DNA of 64,000 nucleotides from Angustibacter luteus (GCF_039541115.1 NZ_BAABFP010000008.1:310001-374000), one strand, 5' to 3'; shown: positions 1 through 9,315, numbered from the stretch's first letter. The notes: generated by a model from the sequence alone, not told the origin. Numbers and translations are program-made.

Positions 1-28
1 GAACCCGCGAGTCAGGCCTGCGCGGTGC

Positions 29-454
29 TCACGACTCCAGCAGCAGGGTGACCGGGCCGTCGCCGACGAGCTCGACCCGCATGTGCGCGCCGAACTCGCC
101 CGTCGCCACCCTCAGCCCGCGCTCGCGCAGCGCCGCGACGACGTCCGCGACCAGCGGTTCGGCGACCGGGCCCGGCGCGGCCGCCGACCACGACGGCCGC
201 CGGCCCTTGCGGGTGTCCGCGTAGAGCGTGAACTGGCTGACCACGAGCACCTGGGCGCCGACGTCCAGCGCCGACCGCTCGTCGTCCATGATGCGCAGCT
301 CGGCGACCTTGCGGGCGATCGTGGCCACCTGGTCCGGCCCGTCGCCGTGGGTGACCCCCACGAGCACCAGCAGCCCCTGGCCCTCGATGCTGCCGACCAC
401 CTCGCCGGCGACCCGCACCCGGGCCCCGTCGACCCGCTGCACGACCGCGCGCAC
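29..454 (-). CDS. dtd: D-aminoacyl-tRNA deacylase
   Basis: MRAVVQRV N-terminus, VSQFTL and GDGPVT motifs. Confidence 0.96.
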   Translation of the reverse strand: MRAVVQRVDGARVRVAGEVVGSIEGQGLLVLVGVTHGDGPDQVATIARKVAELRIMDDERSALDVGAQVLVVSQFTLYADTRKGRRPSWSAAAPGPVAEPLVADVVAALRERGLRVATGEFGAHMRVELVGDGPVTLLLES

Positions 455-464
455 GCCCGCGACC

Positions 465-1412
465 TCAGCCGAGCGGGAGCGCCCGCACGGCGCCCACCGG
501 TTGGCCGTGGCCCAGGACGGGGGCGGCCCGCAGCGCGTCGAGCGCGGACGCCGGGACGCCGGCCACGCGCAGCGCCTCGGCCATCACCACCGGGCGGGCC
601 CGCTGGCCGCCGTCCGCGATCTTCAGCGCCACGGCGTGGCCGTCGTCCAGCGCCGCCGCGTACACCGCCTCGGCGCCGTCCTTGGCGATCAGCCCCGGGA
701 CCGCCCGGATCAGCGCCGTCACGTCCCGCCGGGTTCCGCCCAGGTACTCGGGGTGCGCTCGCACGGCGGCGGCGACCCGGCCGGCCTCGGACGCCGCCGG
801 GGCCACGGCCATCGCCTGGAAGCTGCGGGCCAGTCCGGTCAGCGACTGCGCCATCACGGGCGCACCGCAGCCGTCGACCCCGGTCGCCGTCACGGGCTCC
901 CCGGCCAGCTCGGCCAGGGTCTGGGCGATGGCCTGCTGCAGCGGGTGGTCCGGGTCCCGGTAGGTCGCCAGGTCCCAGCCCGCGGCCACGCAGGTGGCCA
1001 GCATCGCGGCGTGCTTGCCCGAGCAGTTCTGCGCCAGCGGCACCGGCTCCAGGCCGGTCGCCAGCCAGGCCCGGCGCTCGACGTCGTCGTACGGCAGGTC
1101 CGCGGTGTTCTGCAGGGAGGTCTCGTCGAGGCCAGCCGAACCCAGGATCCGCTGCACGGCGCTCAGGTGGAACGGCTCGCCGGAGTGGCTGGCGGCGGCC
1201 AGGGCGAGCAGCTCACCGTCCAGGTCGAGGCCGTGGCGCAGCATGGCGACGGCCTGCGCGAGCTTGTTCGACGACCGGGCGAAGATCTGCTCCTGGGGGT
1301 CGCCGGCGGCCGCCAGCACGTCGCCGTCCGGACCGAGGACGACCACGCTGCCGTAGTGCACGGACTCGACGAAGCCGGAGCGCACGACGTGCGCGAGAGG
1401 TGTGGCGGGCAT
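465..1412 (-). CDS. L-asparaginase II family protein
   Basis: RSSNK, ASHSGE, NCSGKH, DGCGAP and AKDGAE motifs. Confidence 0.9.
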   Translation of the reverse strand: MPATPLAHVVRSGFVESVHYGSVVVLGPDGDVLAAAGDPQEQIFARSSNKLAQAVAMLRHGLDLDGELLALAAASHSGEPFHLSAVQRILGSAGLDETSLQNTADLPYDDVERRAWLATGLEPVPLAQNCSGKHAAMLATCVAAGWDLATYRDPDHPLQQAIAQTLAELAGEPVTATGVDGCGAPVMAQSLTGLARSFQAMAVAPAASEAGRVAAAVRAHPEYLGGTRRDVTALIRAVPGLIAKDGAEAVYAAALDDGHAVALKIADGGQRARPVVMAEALRVAGVPASALDALRAAPVLGHGQPVGAVRALPLG

Positions 1413-1430
1413 GCGCCGAACCTACGGGAC

Positions 1431-2468
1431 TCAGCCCCGGTCGGCGGTGGCCACCCCGACGAGCTCGCGGGCTTCGCTGGCGGCGACCACCCGGTCCCGA
1501 CCGGCCGCCTTGGCCCGGTACAGGGCCCGGTCGGCCTCGCGCAGGGTGGTGCGCGGCTCGTTGCCCTGCTCGTGGCAGCTGACCCCGGCGGACCAGGTGA
1601 TGTCGGGGTGCAGCAGGCTCCACTGGCCACGCAGGCGGGCCATCACGGACGCGGCGCCGAGGCCGTGCGAGCTCACCTGCGGCAGCACGAGGACGAACTC
1701 CTCGCCGCCGTAGCGGGCCACCAGGTCCGAGCCGCGCACGCAGCCGCTCAGGGTCTGCGCGAAGTCGACCAGCACCTGGTCGCCGAAGGCGTGCCCGCCG
1801 CCGTCGTTGACCTGCTTGAAGTGGTCCAGGTCCACGACCACGACCACGTCCCCGCCGCTGAGCCGGGACATCGAGGCCTCCAGCGCGCGCCGGTTCGGCA
1901 GTCCGGTCAGCGGGTCCGTCTCAGCCTGGTGGGCCAGTCCTTCGGTGCGCACCTTGCTGGCGGAGGTCGCCAGCGCGAGCACCTCGGCCAGCACCCCCCA
2001 GACCAGGCCGGCGAGCGCGAGCCGGACGATCTTCTCCGGTCCCAGCGAGCCCTGCAGCACGACCCAGACCCCGGCCGCCGGGAGCATCAGCAGCAGACCG
2101 GCGTGCACCCGGCCGACCAGGCCGACGTACATGAACCAGAGCGTGAGGAAGCCGGTGTACGCCGACCCCACACTGGGGGCCACCGTGCCGAGCACCGCCA
2201 GCATGACCAGACCGGCCGCCGGGTAGACGACCAGCATCCTGGTCCGCCAGCGGTCCCAGGGCAGCCACGTCGTGGCGGTGGCGCACCCGGCAGTGAGCAC
2301 GCCGAGCACGGCACTGCTCAGCGACGCCCGGTCGGCGCCGGCCACCCACCACCCGGTGGCCGCGACCAGCAGTCCCTGCAGCGCCAGCAGCCAGCGCCCG
2401 AGGCGTGCGGCATCGGACGTCCCACGGACGTCGACGACCGCCTCCACGCGTTGCCGGAGCCATTGCAC
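1431..2468 (-). CDS. Membrane-bound diguanylate cyclase (GGDEF)
   Basis: Several TM helices, then DPLTGLPNRR, DLDHFKQVND, an RGSD I-site and RYGGEEF. Confidence 0.92.
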   Translation of the reverse strand: MQWLRQRVEAVVDVRGTSDAARLGRWLLALQGLLVAATGWWVAGADRASLSSAVLGVLTAGCATATTWLPWDRWRTRMLVVYPAAGLVMLAVLGTVAPSVGSAYTGFLTLWFMYVGLVGRVHAGLLLMLPAAGVWVVLQGSLGPEKIVRLALAGLVWGVLAEVLALATSASKVRTEGLAHQAETDPLTGLPNRRALEASMSRLSGGDVVVVVDLDHFKQVNDGGGHAFGDQVLVDFAQTLSGCVRGSDLVARYGGEEFVLVLPQVSSHGLGAASVMARLRGQWSLLHPDITWSAGVSCHEQGNEPRTTLREADRALYRAKAAGRDRVVAASEARELVGVATADRG

Positions 2469-2504
2469 ACCCGGACCATCGTCCGGTCAGGCCCCGCGCT
2501 TGAG

Positions 2505-2897
2505 TCAGCGGGCGTAGTCGTCGTCGAGCCGCACGATGTCGGACTCGTCGAAGTCACCGAAGGCGATCTCCAGCAGTCGGCCGGGCGCGTCGCCCGAGTT
2601 GCCCATCCGGTGCGTCGCGCCGCACGGCACCCACACCTGCTCACCGGGCTTCGCGACCCAGCTCTCGTCGTCCACGGTGATGTCGATCGGCACGTCCAGG
2701 ACCTGCCAGAACTCCCCGCGGTGGCCGTGCTTCTGCAGGCTGAGCCGGTGCCCGGGCTCCACCGTGATGATCTTCACGGTGACCGGGAGGTTCGACACCA
2801 GCTGCTGGAACTGCCCCCACGGCCGGTTCACGACGAACGACCCGGGGCGCGGGTCGTTCGTGGTCGGCTCGTTCGTGGTCGGCTCGCTCGTCGTCAT
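2505..2897 (-). CDS. Mannose-6-phosphate isomerase type II C-terminal cupin domain protein
   Basis: RPWG, LSLQKH.HRGEFW, HRMGN and FDESDIVRLDDDYAR motifs; start placed at ATG 2897. Confidence 0.88.
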   Translation of the reverse strand: MTTSEPTTNEPTTNDPRPGSFVVNRPWGQFQQLVSNLPVTVKIITVEPGHRLSLQKHGHRGEFWQVLDVPIDITVDDESWVAKPGEQVWVPCGATHRMGNSGDAPGRLLEIAFGDFDESDIVRLDDDYAR

Positions 2898-2904
2898 CTG
2901 GTGC

Positions 2905-3252
2905 TCACCAGGGTCCGTAGGGGCCGCTCGAGGTACCGCGGCCGCCACCCTGCACCTGCTTGAGGGCGGGCTTGACGTCGACGTGGTAGACCGCGGCGGC
3001 CACGAACGCGACGATGGACAGGATCTGCAGGGGGCCGAGGATCGACTGCCAGCTCGGCGGCAGCGGCGTGGACACGAAGCCCAGCGCCGTCGCGACGCCC
3101 AGGATGATCAGCCAACGCTGCTTGGTCATCTTGCCGGCGGCCACGAACGCGTCCGGTCGACGCCGGGCGGCGTCCACCAGGGCCACGACCTCGACGACCA
3201 GGGCCGCCATGGCGAGCGCGATGAACACGATCGTCTGCGCGGATCCCAACAT
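2905..3252 (-). CDS. DUF2516 family membrane protein
   Basis: DAFVAAGKMTK..WL and VYHVDVKPAL...GPYGPW; usual position downstream of an hbhA-like gene. Confidence 0.88.
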   Translation of the reverse strand: MLGSAQTIVFIALAMAALVVEVVALVDAARRRPDAFVAAGKMTKQRWLIILGVATALGFVSTPLPPSWQSILGPLQILSIVAFVAAAVYHVDVKPALKQVQGGGRGTSSGPYGPW

Positions 3253-3300
3253 GCGGGAGAGTCTAAGGGACGTCGCGCCGCCCCCGGGACCGGAACGGAC

Positions 3301-3334
3301 GACGGCGCCCCGACCAGCAGGTCGGAGCGCCGTC
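3301..3334 (-). terminator. Stem-loop downstream of the HBHA-like gene
   Basis: gacggcgccccgacc / ggtcggagcgccgtc inverted repeat (1 mismatch), about 40 nt after the stop. Confidence 0.6.
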
Positions 3335-3371
3335 TTCCCGGGCCGGAGGAGCCCAGCTGTGCAGCGAGAGG

Positions 3372-3962
3372 TCAGTCGCCGACCTTCTCGGCTGCGGCCT
3401 CGGTGGCCTTGACGGCCTTCGTCGCGGTCTTGCGCGCGCTGGTCGCGGTGGCCTTGGTGGTGCTCTTGGCGGTGGTGGCGCGCTTCTTGGCGGTCGTCGT
3501 GGTGCGCTTGACGGCCTTCTTGGTGGCCGGCGCGGCCACGGGGGCCTCACGCTTGGCGGTGGTGAACGTGGCCTTGGCGGCGGTGCGGGTCTCGTCGGCG
3601 GCCTTGCGGGCCGTGGTGACGGCGGCCTTGCCGCGGGACAGGGTGACCTTGCCCTGGGCGAGCAGGTCCTGGGTGGCCTTCTGCTGGCGGATCCGGGTGA
3701 CCAGCTTCTCGCCGCGGGCGGCGAGGTCGCCGTAGGTCTCCTCGGCCTTGCCGGCGATCTCGATCGACTTGCTCACGGCCTGGGTGGGGACCTGCTTGGC
3801 CTTGCCCTGCAGGGCCTTGACGTCGACCTCGAGCTGGACGCCGGAGGCCTGCGCGCGCACGGCGCGGACCTTCTCGACGACGAGGTCGGTGGCGCCGACG
3901 AGGGCGAGCACCGGGGTGGTGTCGGTGACGGTCTTGCGGATGTCGTTGACCAGGGTCGTCAC
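3372..3962 (-). CDS. Heparin-binding hemagglutinin (HBHA)-like protein
   Basis: ALVGATDL and YGDLAARGEKLV motifs, Lys/Ala/Thr-rich tail; synteny HTH-hbhA-DUF2516. Confidence 0.75.
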   Translation of the reverse strand: MTTLVNDIRKTVTDTTPVLALVGATDLVVEKVRAVRAQASGVQLEVDVKALQGKAKQVPTQAVSKSIEIAGKAEETYGDLAARGEKLVTRIRQQKATQDLLAQGKVTLSRGKAAVTTARKAADETRTAAKATFTTAKREAPVAAPATKKAVKRTTTTAKKRATTAKSTTKATATSARKTATKAVKATEAAAEKVGD

Positions 3963-3973
3963 GAGCTGCTCCT

Positions 3974-4504
3974 TCAGGTGGTGGGCTTGCGCGTCGTGCG
4001 CGCGGTGGAGGTCTTCTTGGCCGTGCTCTTCTTGGCGGTGGTCTTCGTGGCGGCCTTGGCGGTCGCCTTCTTTGTGGCGGTCGGCTTCGTCGACGCCGCC
4101 TTCGTGGTGGCCCGCTGGCGCGGGGCGGCCGGTGGCGCGGCGTCCGCCGGCGTGCGGTCGTTCTCCGAGCAGAAGGACTCGTAGATGTCGAGCAGCACGC
4201 GCTTCTGCCGCTCGTTCAGGCCGAGGTCGCCGAGGATGGCGGCCTTCACCTCCACCTGGGTGGCTTCCTGCTCGTCCAGGATCCCGGCCCGCACGTACAG
4301 CGACTCCGCCGAGATCCGCAGCCCCTTCGCCAGCGACTGCAGGATCTCTGCGCTGGGCTTCTTGAGCCCGCGCTCGATCTGGCTGAGGTAGGGGTTGCTG
4401 ACGCCCGCCGCTTCGCCGAGCTGGCGCAGCGAGAGCTTCGCGCTGTGCCGCTGCTCCTTGAGGTACTCCCCCAGGTCAGCGCGGATGGACGTCATGCTTG
4501 CCAT
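3974..4504 (-). CDS. XRE-family HTH regulator (Rv0474-like) with Lys/Ala/Thr-rich tail
   Basis: LSLRQL..AAGVSNPYLSQIERG..KPSAEIL motif; start at ATG 4504 or 4495. Confidence 0.9.
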   Translation of the reverse strand: MASMTSIRADLGEYLKEQRHSAKLSLRQLGEAAGVSNPYLSQIERGLKKPSAEILQSLAKGLRISAESLYVRAGILDEQEATQVEVKAAILGDLGLNERQKRVLLDIYESFCSENDRTPADAAPPAAPRQRATTKAASTKPTATKKATAKAATKTTAKKSTAKKTSTARTTRKPTT

Positions 4505-4509
4505 CGTGC

Positions 4510-4525
4510 TTGCTCTAGTTAGCAA
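4510..4525. promoter_or_regulatory. Possible operator TTGCT-N6-AGCAA
   Basis: AT-rich inverted repeat just upstream of the HTH gene start. Confidence 0.4.
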
Positions 4526-4587
4526 ATGCAACCCGAGGCGGGCGTGAAGCCGCTCACATCGCCCACCGCGAGCCGCTTCGTGGTTCG

Positions 4588-5142
4588 ATGACGCCTGTGC
4601 AGCCGAGCGCCCAGGACCAGGCCGTCACCACGCCCCGTTGGCGCCGGGCGGTGATCCGCCTCGCGTCGCTGCAGCCTCGGGGAAATCCCAGCGGACTCGT
4701 CTACGGGATGATCGTTGCCTCCGTCGTGGTCACCGCCGAGGTGCACTACGAGGCCTCGCACGTCCAGGTCGTCGTCGCGACCGCGGCCACCGTCGTCGTC
4801 TACTGGTTGACCCACGTCTACTGCCACCTGATCGGCGAGTCGATGGGGGGCAGCACCCGGCGCCTGCGCTGGCAGGCCGCGCGGCACACGCTCGGCTCCG
4901 AGGCCACGGTCCTGTGGGGTGGCGGCATCGAGGTGCTGGCCATCACCGTCGCCTACCTGCTCGGCCTGGACTCCTCCTCGGGCGACTGGGTCGTCATCGC
5001 GGTCACCACGACCCTGCTCTTCTGCTGGGGCGTGGTGATCGGCGTCCGGAACGAGGCGCGCGGGCGGTTCGTGCTGCTCGACGCCGTGTTCGCTGCCTCG
5101 CTGGGCGCCATGGTCGCCGGGCTCAAGCTGCTGCTCAAGTAG
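4588..5142 (+). CDS. Hypothetical integral membrane protein
   Basis: 5-6 hydrophobic segments; VYGMIV and VYWLTHVY patterns; coding-like codon use. Confidence 0.75.
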   Translation: MTPVQPSAQDQAVTTPRWRRAVIRLASLQPRGNPSGLVYGMIVASVVVTAEVHYEASHVQVVVATAATVVVYWLTHVYCHLIGESMGGSTRRLRWQAARHTLGSEATVLWGGGIEVLAITVAYLLGLDSSSGDWVVIAVTTTLLFCWGVVIGVRNEARGRFVLLDAVFAASLGAMVAGLKLLLK

Positions 5143-5151
5143 CGCGAGCGC

Positions 5152-5727
5152 TCACTCGGCGGTCAGCACGTCCTCGACCCGGGCCTCGCCCTCGCGGTAG
5201 CGACGCGCCACCTCGGTGGACATCAGGTCCATCACGGCCTGCACCTGGTGCCGGGTGTCGCTGACCGCCTGCTCCAGCTCGACCAGGTGCTCGATCGCCC
5301 GCACGATCGCCTCGTCCGTCAGTGCGGACGGGTCGCTCGCCTGGACGTCGGCCACCGCCTGCTCGGCGGCGCGGCGGTGCTCCCCCACCCGCGAGGGGTC
5401 GGTGGTCAGGTGCCGGCCCAGACCGTGGTCGGCGCGCGGCGCGTCGGCGAGCGCCTGGGACAGGTCGCGGGCCAGCTCGGCGTCGGTGCGCTCACCCTCG
5501 ACGGGCCCGTCCTGCGGCAGCTCGCGCTGCTGCTGCTCGGCGCGCAGCAGGTCCAGGCGGCCCTGCAGCAGGCGCCGGGCGAAGCTGAGGTCGACCTCCT
5601 CCTGCTCGGCGAGGTGCCGGCGCTCGCGCAGGTCCTCGAACGGCAGGCCCTGCAGGTCGTCGGCGAAGCCGTCGGCCAGCACGCGGTCGATCGGACGGCG
5701 GCCGCCGGGGTGGGACTCGGTGGTCAT
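5152..5727 (-). CDS. rsiG: RsiG/AmfC anti-sigma factor (c-di-GMP binding)
   Basis: Two E-x3-S-x2-R-x3-Q-x3-D motifs (EVDLSFARRLLQGRLD; EQAVSDTRHQVQAVMD); C-terminal RRYREGEARVEDVL; synteny near dtd/ygfZ. Confidence 0.85.
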   Translation of the reverse strand: MTTESHPGGRRPIDRVLADGFADDLQGLPFEDLRERRHLAEQEEVDLSFARRLLQGRLDLLRAEQQQRELPQDGPVEGERTDAELARDLSQALADAPRADHGLGRHLTTDPSRVGEHRRAAEQAVADVQASDPSALTDEAIVRAIEHLVELEQAVSDTRHQVQAVMDLMSTEVARRYREGEARVEDVLTAE

Positions 5728-5744
5728 GAAACCTCTGCTCGCAC

Positions 5745-6584
5745 TCAGGATCGCGCGCGTCGGTCGCGCACAGCGAGCAGGCTACGCGCTTCGGCGGTGG
5801 TGATGGCAGGTCTCTGCATCAGATCGGCGAGCGCGGCGGCCCGGGCGACCAGCTCGGCGTTGTCCCGGACCGGCCGGCCCTTGGCGTACATGAGGTTGTC
5901 CTCCATGCCGACCCGCAGGTGGCCACCCATCCCGAGGGCCGCCGCGGCGATCGGCAGGTGCGCCCGCCCGATGCCGGTGGCCGACCACGAGGTCACCTCG
6001 GCGGGCAGCGCCTGCACGCCCGCCACCAGGGCCTCGACGGTGCCCGGCATCCCGCCGGGGACGCCGGTGACGAAGTCGACGTGCACCTTGCCGCCGTAGG
6101 GCAGGCCGTAGGTGTCGAGCAGCCGGCGCAGCGCGGCCACGTGCCCGAGGTCGAACAGCTCGAACTCCGGGACGACCTCGCGCTCCTGGGCCTGCTGGTA
6201 GAGCTGGCCCATGAACGGGTACGGGTTGAGGAACACGTCGTCCCCGAAGTTCGTGGTGCCGCAGGTCAGCGAGCAGGAGTCCGGCTCGGCGTCGAGCACC
6301 TTGAGCCGGCTCTCCAGCGGGTCGTGCACGCTGCCGCCGGTGGACAGCTGGACGATCAGGTCGGTCTGCTCGCGCAGGGCCTGGACGGTGTCGTGCAGCC
6401 GCTGCGGGTCCAGCGTCGGGCGGTGCTCGTCGTCCCGGATGTGCACGTGGACCAGGGACGCCCCGGCTGCCTCGCAGGCCTTGGCCTCGGCCACGAGCTC
6501 GTCGAGCGTCGTCGGCAGCTTCGGGACGTCGTCCTTGGCGGTCTCCGCGCCGGTGGGCGCGACGGTGATCAGGGTGCCGGGCAT
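5745..6584 (-). CDS. 3-keto-5-aminohexanoate cleavage enzyme (BKACE/DUF849) family
   Basis: ITVAPTG, VHVHIRD, STGG and RVGMEDN motifs; start at 6584 or 6593. Confidence 0.92.
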   Translation of the reverse strand: MPGTLITVAPTGAETAKDDVPKLPTTLDELVAEAKACEAAGASLVHVHIRDDEHRPTLDPQRLHDTVQALREQTDLIVQLSTGGSVHDPLESRLKVLDAEPDSCSLTCGTTNFGDDVFLNPYPFMGQLYQQAQEREVVPEFELFDLGHVAALRRLLDTYGLPYGGKVHVDFVTGVPGGMPGTVEALVAGVQALPAEVTSWSATGIGRAHLPIAAAALGMGGHLRVGMEDNLMYAKGRPVRDNAELVARAAALADLMQRPAITTAEARSLLAVRDRRARS

Positions 6585-6607
6585 GGCGGCCATCCTGCCA
6601 TCCCCCT

Positions 6608-6670
6608 CCCCGCGGTGATCATGCACGTTCGCCCACGCCACCGGGGCGAACGTGCATGATCACCGCGGGG
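6608..6670. repeat. Perfect 27-bp inverted repeat (REP-like palindrome, GATCATGCAC core)
   Basis: ccccgcggtgatcatgcacgttcgccc (6608-6634) / gggcgaacgtgcatgatcaccgcgggg (6644-6670), 9-nt loop, no U-tract. Confidence 0.9.
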
Positions 6671-6681
6671 TTGGGGTGCCG

Positions 6682-7713
6682 TCAGGGGGAGACGACGACC
6701 TCTTGGGCCGCGCTGACGCCGTCGACCAGCAGCACGGCGTCGACGGGCAGGTTGCGCTTGACCACCGCGAGCGCGATGGGTCCCAGCTCGTGGTGGCGCG
6801 CGGACGTCGTCACCCGGCCGACCGCCCGGCCCTCCAGCTCGACGGCGGAGTCGGACGGCGGCAGCAGGTGCGCGGACCCGTCCAGGTGCAGCATGACCAG
6901 CCGGCGCGGCGGGCGGCCGAGGTTGTGCACCCGGGCCACCGTCTCCTGCCCGCGGTAGCAGCCCTTGGTGAGGTGGACGGCCGTGCGCAACCAGTCCACC
7001 TCGTGCGGGATCGTGCGGTGGTCGGTCTCCAGACCCAGCCGCGGTCGCCAGGCCGCGACGCGCAGCGCCTCGGCCGCCCAGGTCCCAGCCAGCGGCCGGT
7101 CGCCGACCGCGTCGGCCAGGTCACCGCGCGGCACCAGCAGCTCACGCCACTGCCGTCCGGACGCCGGGTGCTCGGCGTCCGCCACGGCCGCGTACGACAC
7201 GCTGCCTGGCGCCACGGTGGGCCACGGGTCGAGCCAGACCACGGGTTCGCCGTCCACGCCCTCGCGGCCGATCGGCTCACCCAGCACCGCGACGTCCGCG
7301 CTGCGGTCGGTGATCTCGACCCGGAGCATGAACTGCATGCTGCGCAGCCAGCCGACCAGGGCGTCGCCGGTACCCGGCTCGGCCGTGATCCAGGTGGTCT
7401 CGCCGTCGTCGACGACGTGCAGGGCGTGCTCGACGTGCCCCTTGGGGCTGAGGATCAGGGCCTCGGTGGAGGTCCGCGGTGCCAGGCCGGTCAGCGCCTG
7501 GGTGGTGATCGAGTGCAGCCAGGACAGCCGGTCCGGGCCGGTGACGGTGACCACCGCGCGGTGCGAGAGGTCGACCACGGCCAGCCCCTCGTCGAGCAGG
7601 CGCTGCTCGCGGGTGGGGTCGCCGTAGTGCCAGGCGACACCGGCGTCGGGACCCTCCGCGGCCACCGCGCCGGAGCGGTGCAGCAGCGGGTTGTCGCCGG
7701 TCTGGACGCTCAT
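6682..7713 (-). CDS. ygfZ: YgfZ/GcvT folate-binding protein
   Basis: WHYGDP, KGCYRGQETVAR signature; ATG 7713 overlaps the upstream stop. Confidence 0.93.
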   Translation of the reverse strand: MSVQTGDNPLLHRSGAVAAEGPDAGVAWHYGDPTREQRLLDEGLAVVDLSHRAVVTVTGPDRLSWLHSITTQALTGLAPRTSTEALILSPKGHVEHALHVVDDGETTWITAEPGTGDALVGWLRSMQFMLRVEITDRSADVAVLGEPIGREGVDGEPVVWLDPWPTVAPGSVSYAAVADAEHPASGRQWRELLVPRGDLADAVGDRPLAGTWAAEALRVAAWRPRLGLETDHRTIPHEVDWLRTAVHLTKGCYRGQETVARVHNLGRPPRRLVMLHLDGSAHLLPPSDSAVELEGRAVGRVTTSARHHELGPIALAVVKRNLPVDAVLLVDGVSAAQEVVVSP

Positions 7714-8201
7714 TCGACCCGCTTCAGCTGGGCCGAGGCGTGCGACTGCATCGGCTGCCCGACGGCCGCCATGTCCATGACCCACATCAGGTCGCCGTCG
7801 ACCAGGCCGTACATCCGGGTCGCGGCGGTGTACTCCTTGGCGGTGGGCGTGCGCGCCACCAGGTCGGTCTCCAGGGTGACCCGGGCGCCGTCCGCCGTGC
7901 CGACGTAGATCTCCACGTAGCCGGTCGGGTGGGTCAGCAGCACCTCGAGGTCGCCGCCGTCGCCGATCCGCCAGAAGCCGGTCTCGCTAGCCAGCGGGCG
8001 CACCTTGGCGCCGTCGTCGTCCAGCAGCCAGGCCTGGGAGCGGTAGTGCAGGAACGGGCGGCCGTCGTGCCGGAACTCGACCTCCTGGCCGAAGTTCGCC
8101 GACTCGATCGTCGGGTACCCGACCACGCCGGCACCCTCCCAGCGGCCGATCAACCAGGCCAGCGGGACGAGCGGGGTGGGCAGGTCGGCGTCCAGCTGCA
8201 C
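7710..8201 (-). CDS. FABP-like/nitrobindin (DUF1794) protein
   Basis: PLAWLIGRWEG, ETGFWR, and C-terminal SHASAQL with the conserved His. Confidence 0.9.
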   Translation of the reverse strand: MQLDADLPTPLVPLAWLIGRWEGAGVVGYPTIESANFGQEVEFRHDGRPFLHYRSQAWLLDDDGAKVRPLASETGFWRIGDGGDLEVLLTHPTGYVEIYVGTADGARVTLETDLVARTPTAKEYTAATRMYGLVDGDLMWVMDMAAVGQPMQSHASAQLKRVE

Positions 8202-8206
8202 GGCGG

Positions 8207-8314
8207 TCAGCTCTGCCCGCGGTAGAGCCGGTAGACGACGAAGCCGCTGAACCAGACGATGACCAGGGCACTGGCCGCCAGCAGGCTGGTGTAGAAGATC
8301 TCGAGACCACTCAC
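8207..8314 (-). CDS. Small 35-aa single-TM protein (not in ORF track)
   Basis: Hand translation GTG..TGA: MSGLEIFYTSLLAASALVIVWFSGFVVYRLYRGQS; strong GC3 bias; stop 5 nt before the nitrobindin start. Confidence 0.75.
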   Translation of the reverse strand: MSGLEIFYTSLLAASALVIVWFSGFVVYRLYRGQS

Positions 8315-8350
8315 GGTTCGATCGTAACCGCCCCCGGATAGCGTGCCCTC

Positions 8351-8713
8351 ATGGAGCGCTCACTCGTGGTCAAGGTCACCGCCGGCGCGGACGCACCCGA
8401 GCGGTGCGCACAGGCTTTCACGGTCGCGGCGACGGCCGTCGCGGCAGGCGCGGAGGTGAGCCTGTGGCTGACCGGCGAGGCCAGCTGGTTCGCGCTGCCC
8501 GGCCGGGCCGAGCAGTTCGAGCTGCCGCACGCGGCGCCGCTGGACGGCCTGCTCGCCGCCGTGCTGGCCGAGGGCCGGGTGACCTTGTGCACGCAGTGCG
8601 CCGCCCGCCGCGAGATCACCGGGGACGACGTCCTGCCGGGAGTGCGCATCGCGGGCGCCGCCGCCTTCGTCGAGGAGTCCCTCATGGACGGCGCGCAGGC
8701 CCTCGTCTACTGA
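8351..8713 (+). CDS. DsrE family sulfur-relay protein
   Basis: ERCAQAFTVA, LWLTGE and CTQCAARR motifs. Confidence 0.88.
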   Translation: MERSLVVKVTAGADAPERCAQAFTVAATAVAAGAEVSLWLTGEASWFALPGRAEQFELPHAAPLDGLLAAVLAEGRVTLCTQCAARREITGDDVLPGVRIAGAAAFVEESLMDGAQALVY

Positions 8714-9315
8714 CCGCCGATGATCGCCCGGGCCAGCACGTCCACGGTCGGCACCAGCTGCTTCGTGGTCCGGACGTAGTCGGAGTTCGAGCGCCCGTAG
8801 GGGTCGTCGATGTCGTCCAGCTCACCGCGGGCGGGCCGGACCTGCCCGCGACGCTCGACCGCGACGCGAGGCAGCTCGCGCACGCGCGACGCCGGGTCCT
8901 GGGGCAGGCCGGCGAGGTCCGCGCCCTCCAGCAGCCGCCCCAGCTCGCGCAACGTGAAGGAGTAGCGCAACGCCCGGGGCACGAGCTGCGCCACCCGGGA
9001 CCGGTGGGTCCGGTCGGCGGTCACCACGAGATCGGCCCCCTCGACCATGGCCGCGGTCAGCGAGCGGGCGCGGAACCCGTTGGCCTCACCACCCAGCCCG
9101 GCCAGCTGGCGCTGCGCCTGCTCCGTCATCGCCTGGTCCTCGAGGGCCCTGATGCCGGCGGACTCCACGGACACCTGCTCGGCCCGGACTCCAGCCTCAG
9201 CCAGGTAACCGCGCAGCAGCGCCTCCGCGAGGGGCGAGCGACAGACGTTCCCGGTGCACACGACCAGCACGCGCGCGGGCGCCGTCCGAGCCTCGCCCAG
9301 ATCCCGATGGGACAC
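8707..9315 (-). CDS. Low-molecular-weight protein-tyrosine phosphatase
   Basis: VCTGNVCRS P-loop, SAG, DIDDPY; start uncertain (GTG 9315). Confidence 0.9.
   Translation of the reverse strand: MSHRDLGEARTAPARVLVVCTGNVCRSPLAEALLRGYLAEAGVRAEQVSVESAGIRALEDQAMTEQAQRQLAGLGGEANGFRARSLTAAMVEGADLVVTADRTHRSRVAQLVPRALRYSFTLRELGRLLEGADLAGLPQDPASRVRELPRVAVERRGQVRPARGELDDIDDPYGRSNSDYVRTTKQLVPTVDVLARAIIGGQ

Noticed and set aside
83..2963. Long plus-strand ORFs (499 aa, 911 aa) and the many similar Arg/Pro/Gly-rich ORFs across the window
   Set aside because: Shadow frames of real genes in high-GC DNA; they have no motifs and overlap well-supported genes.
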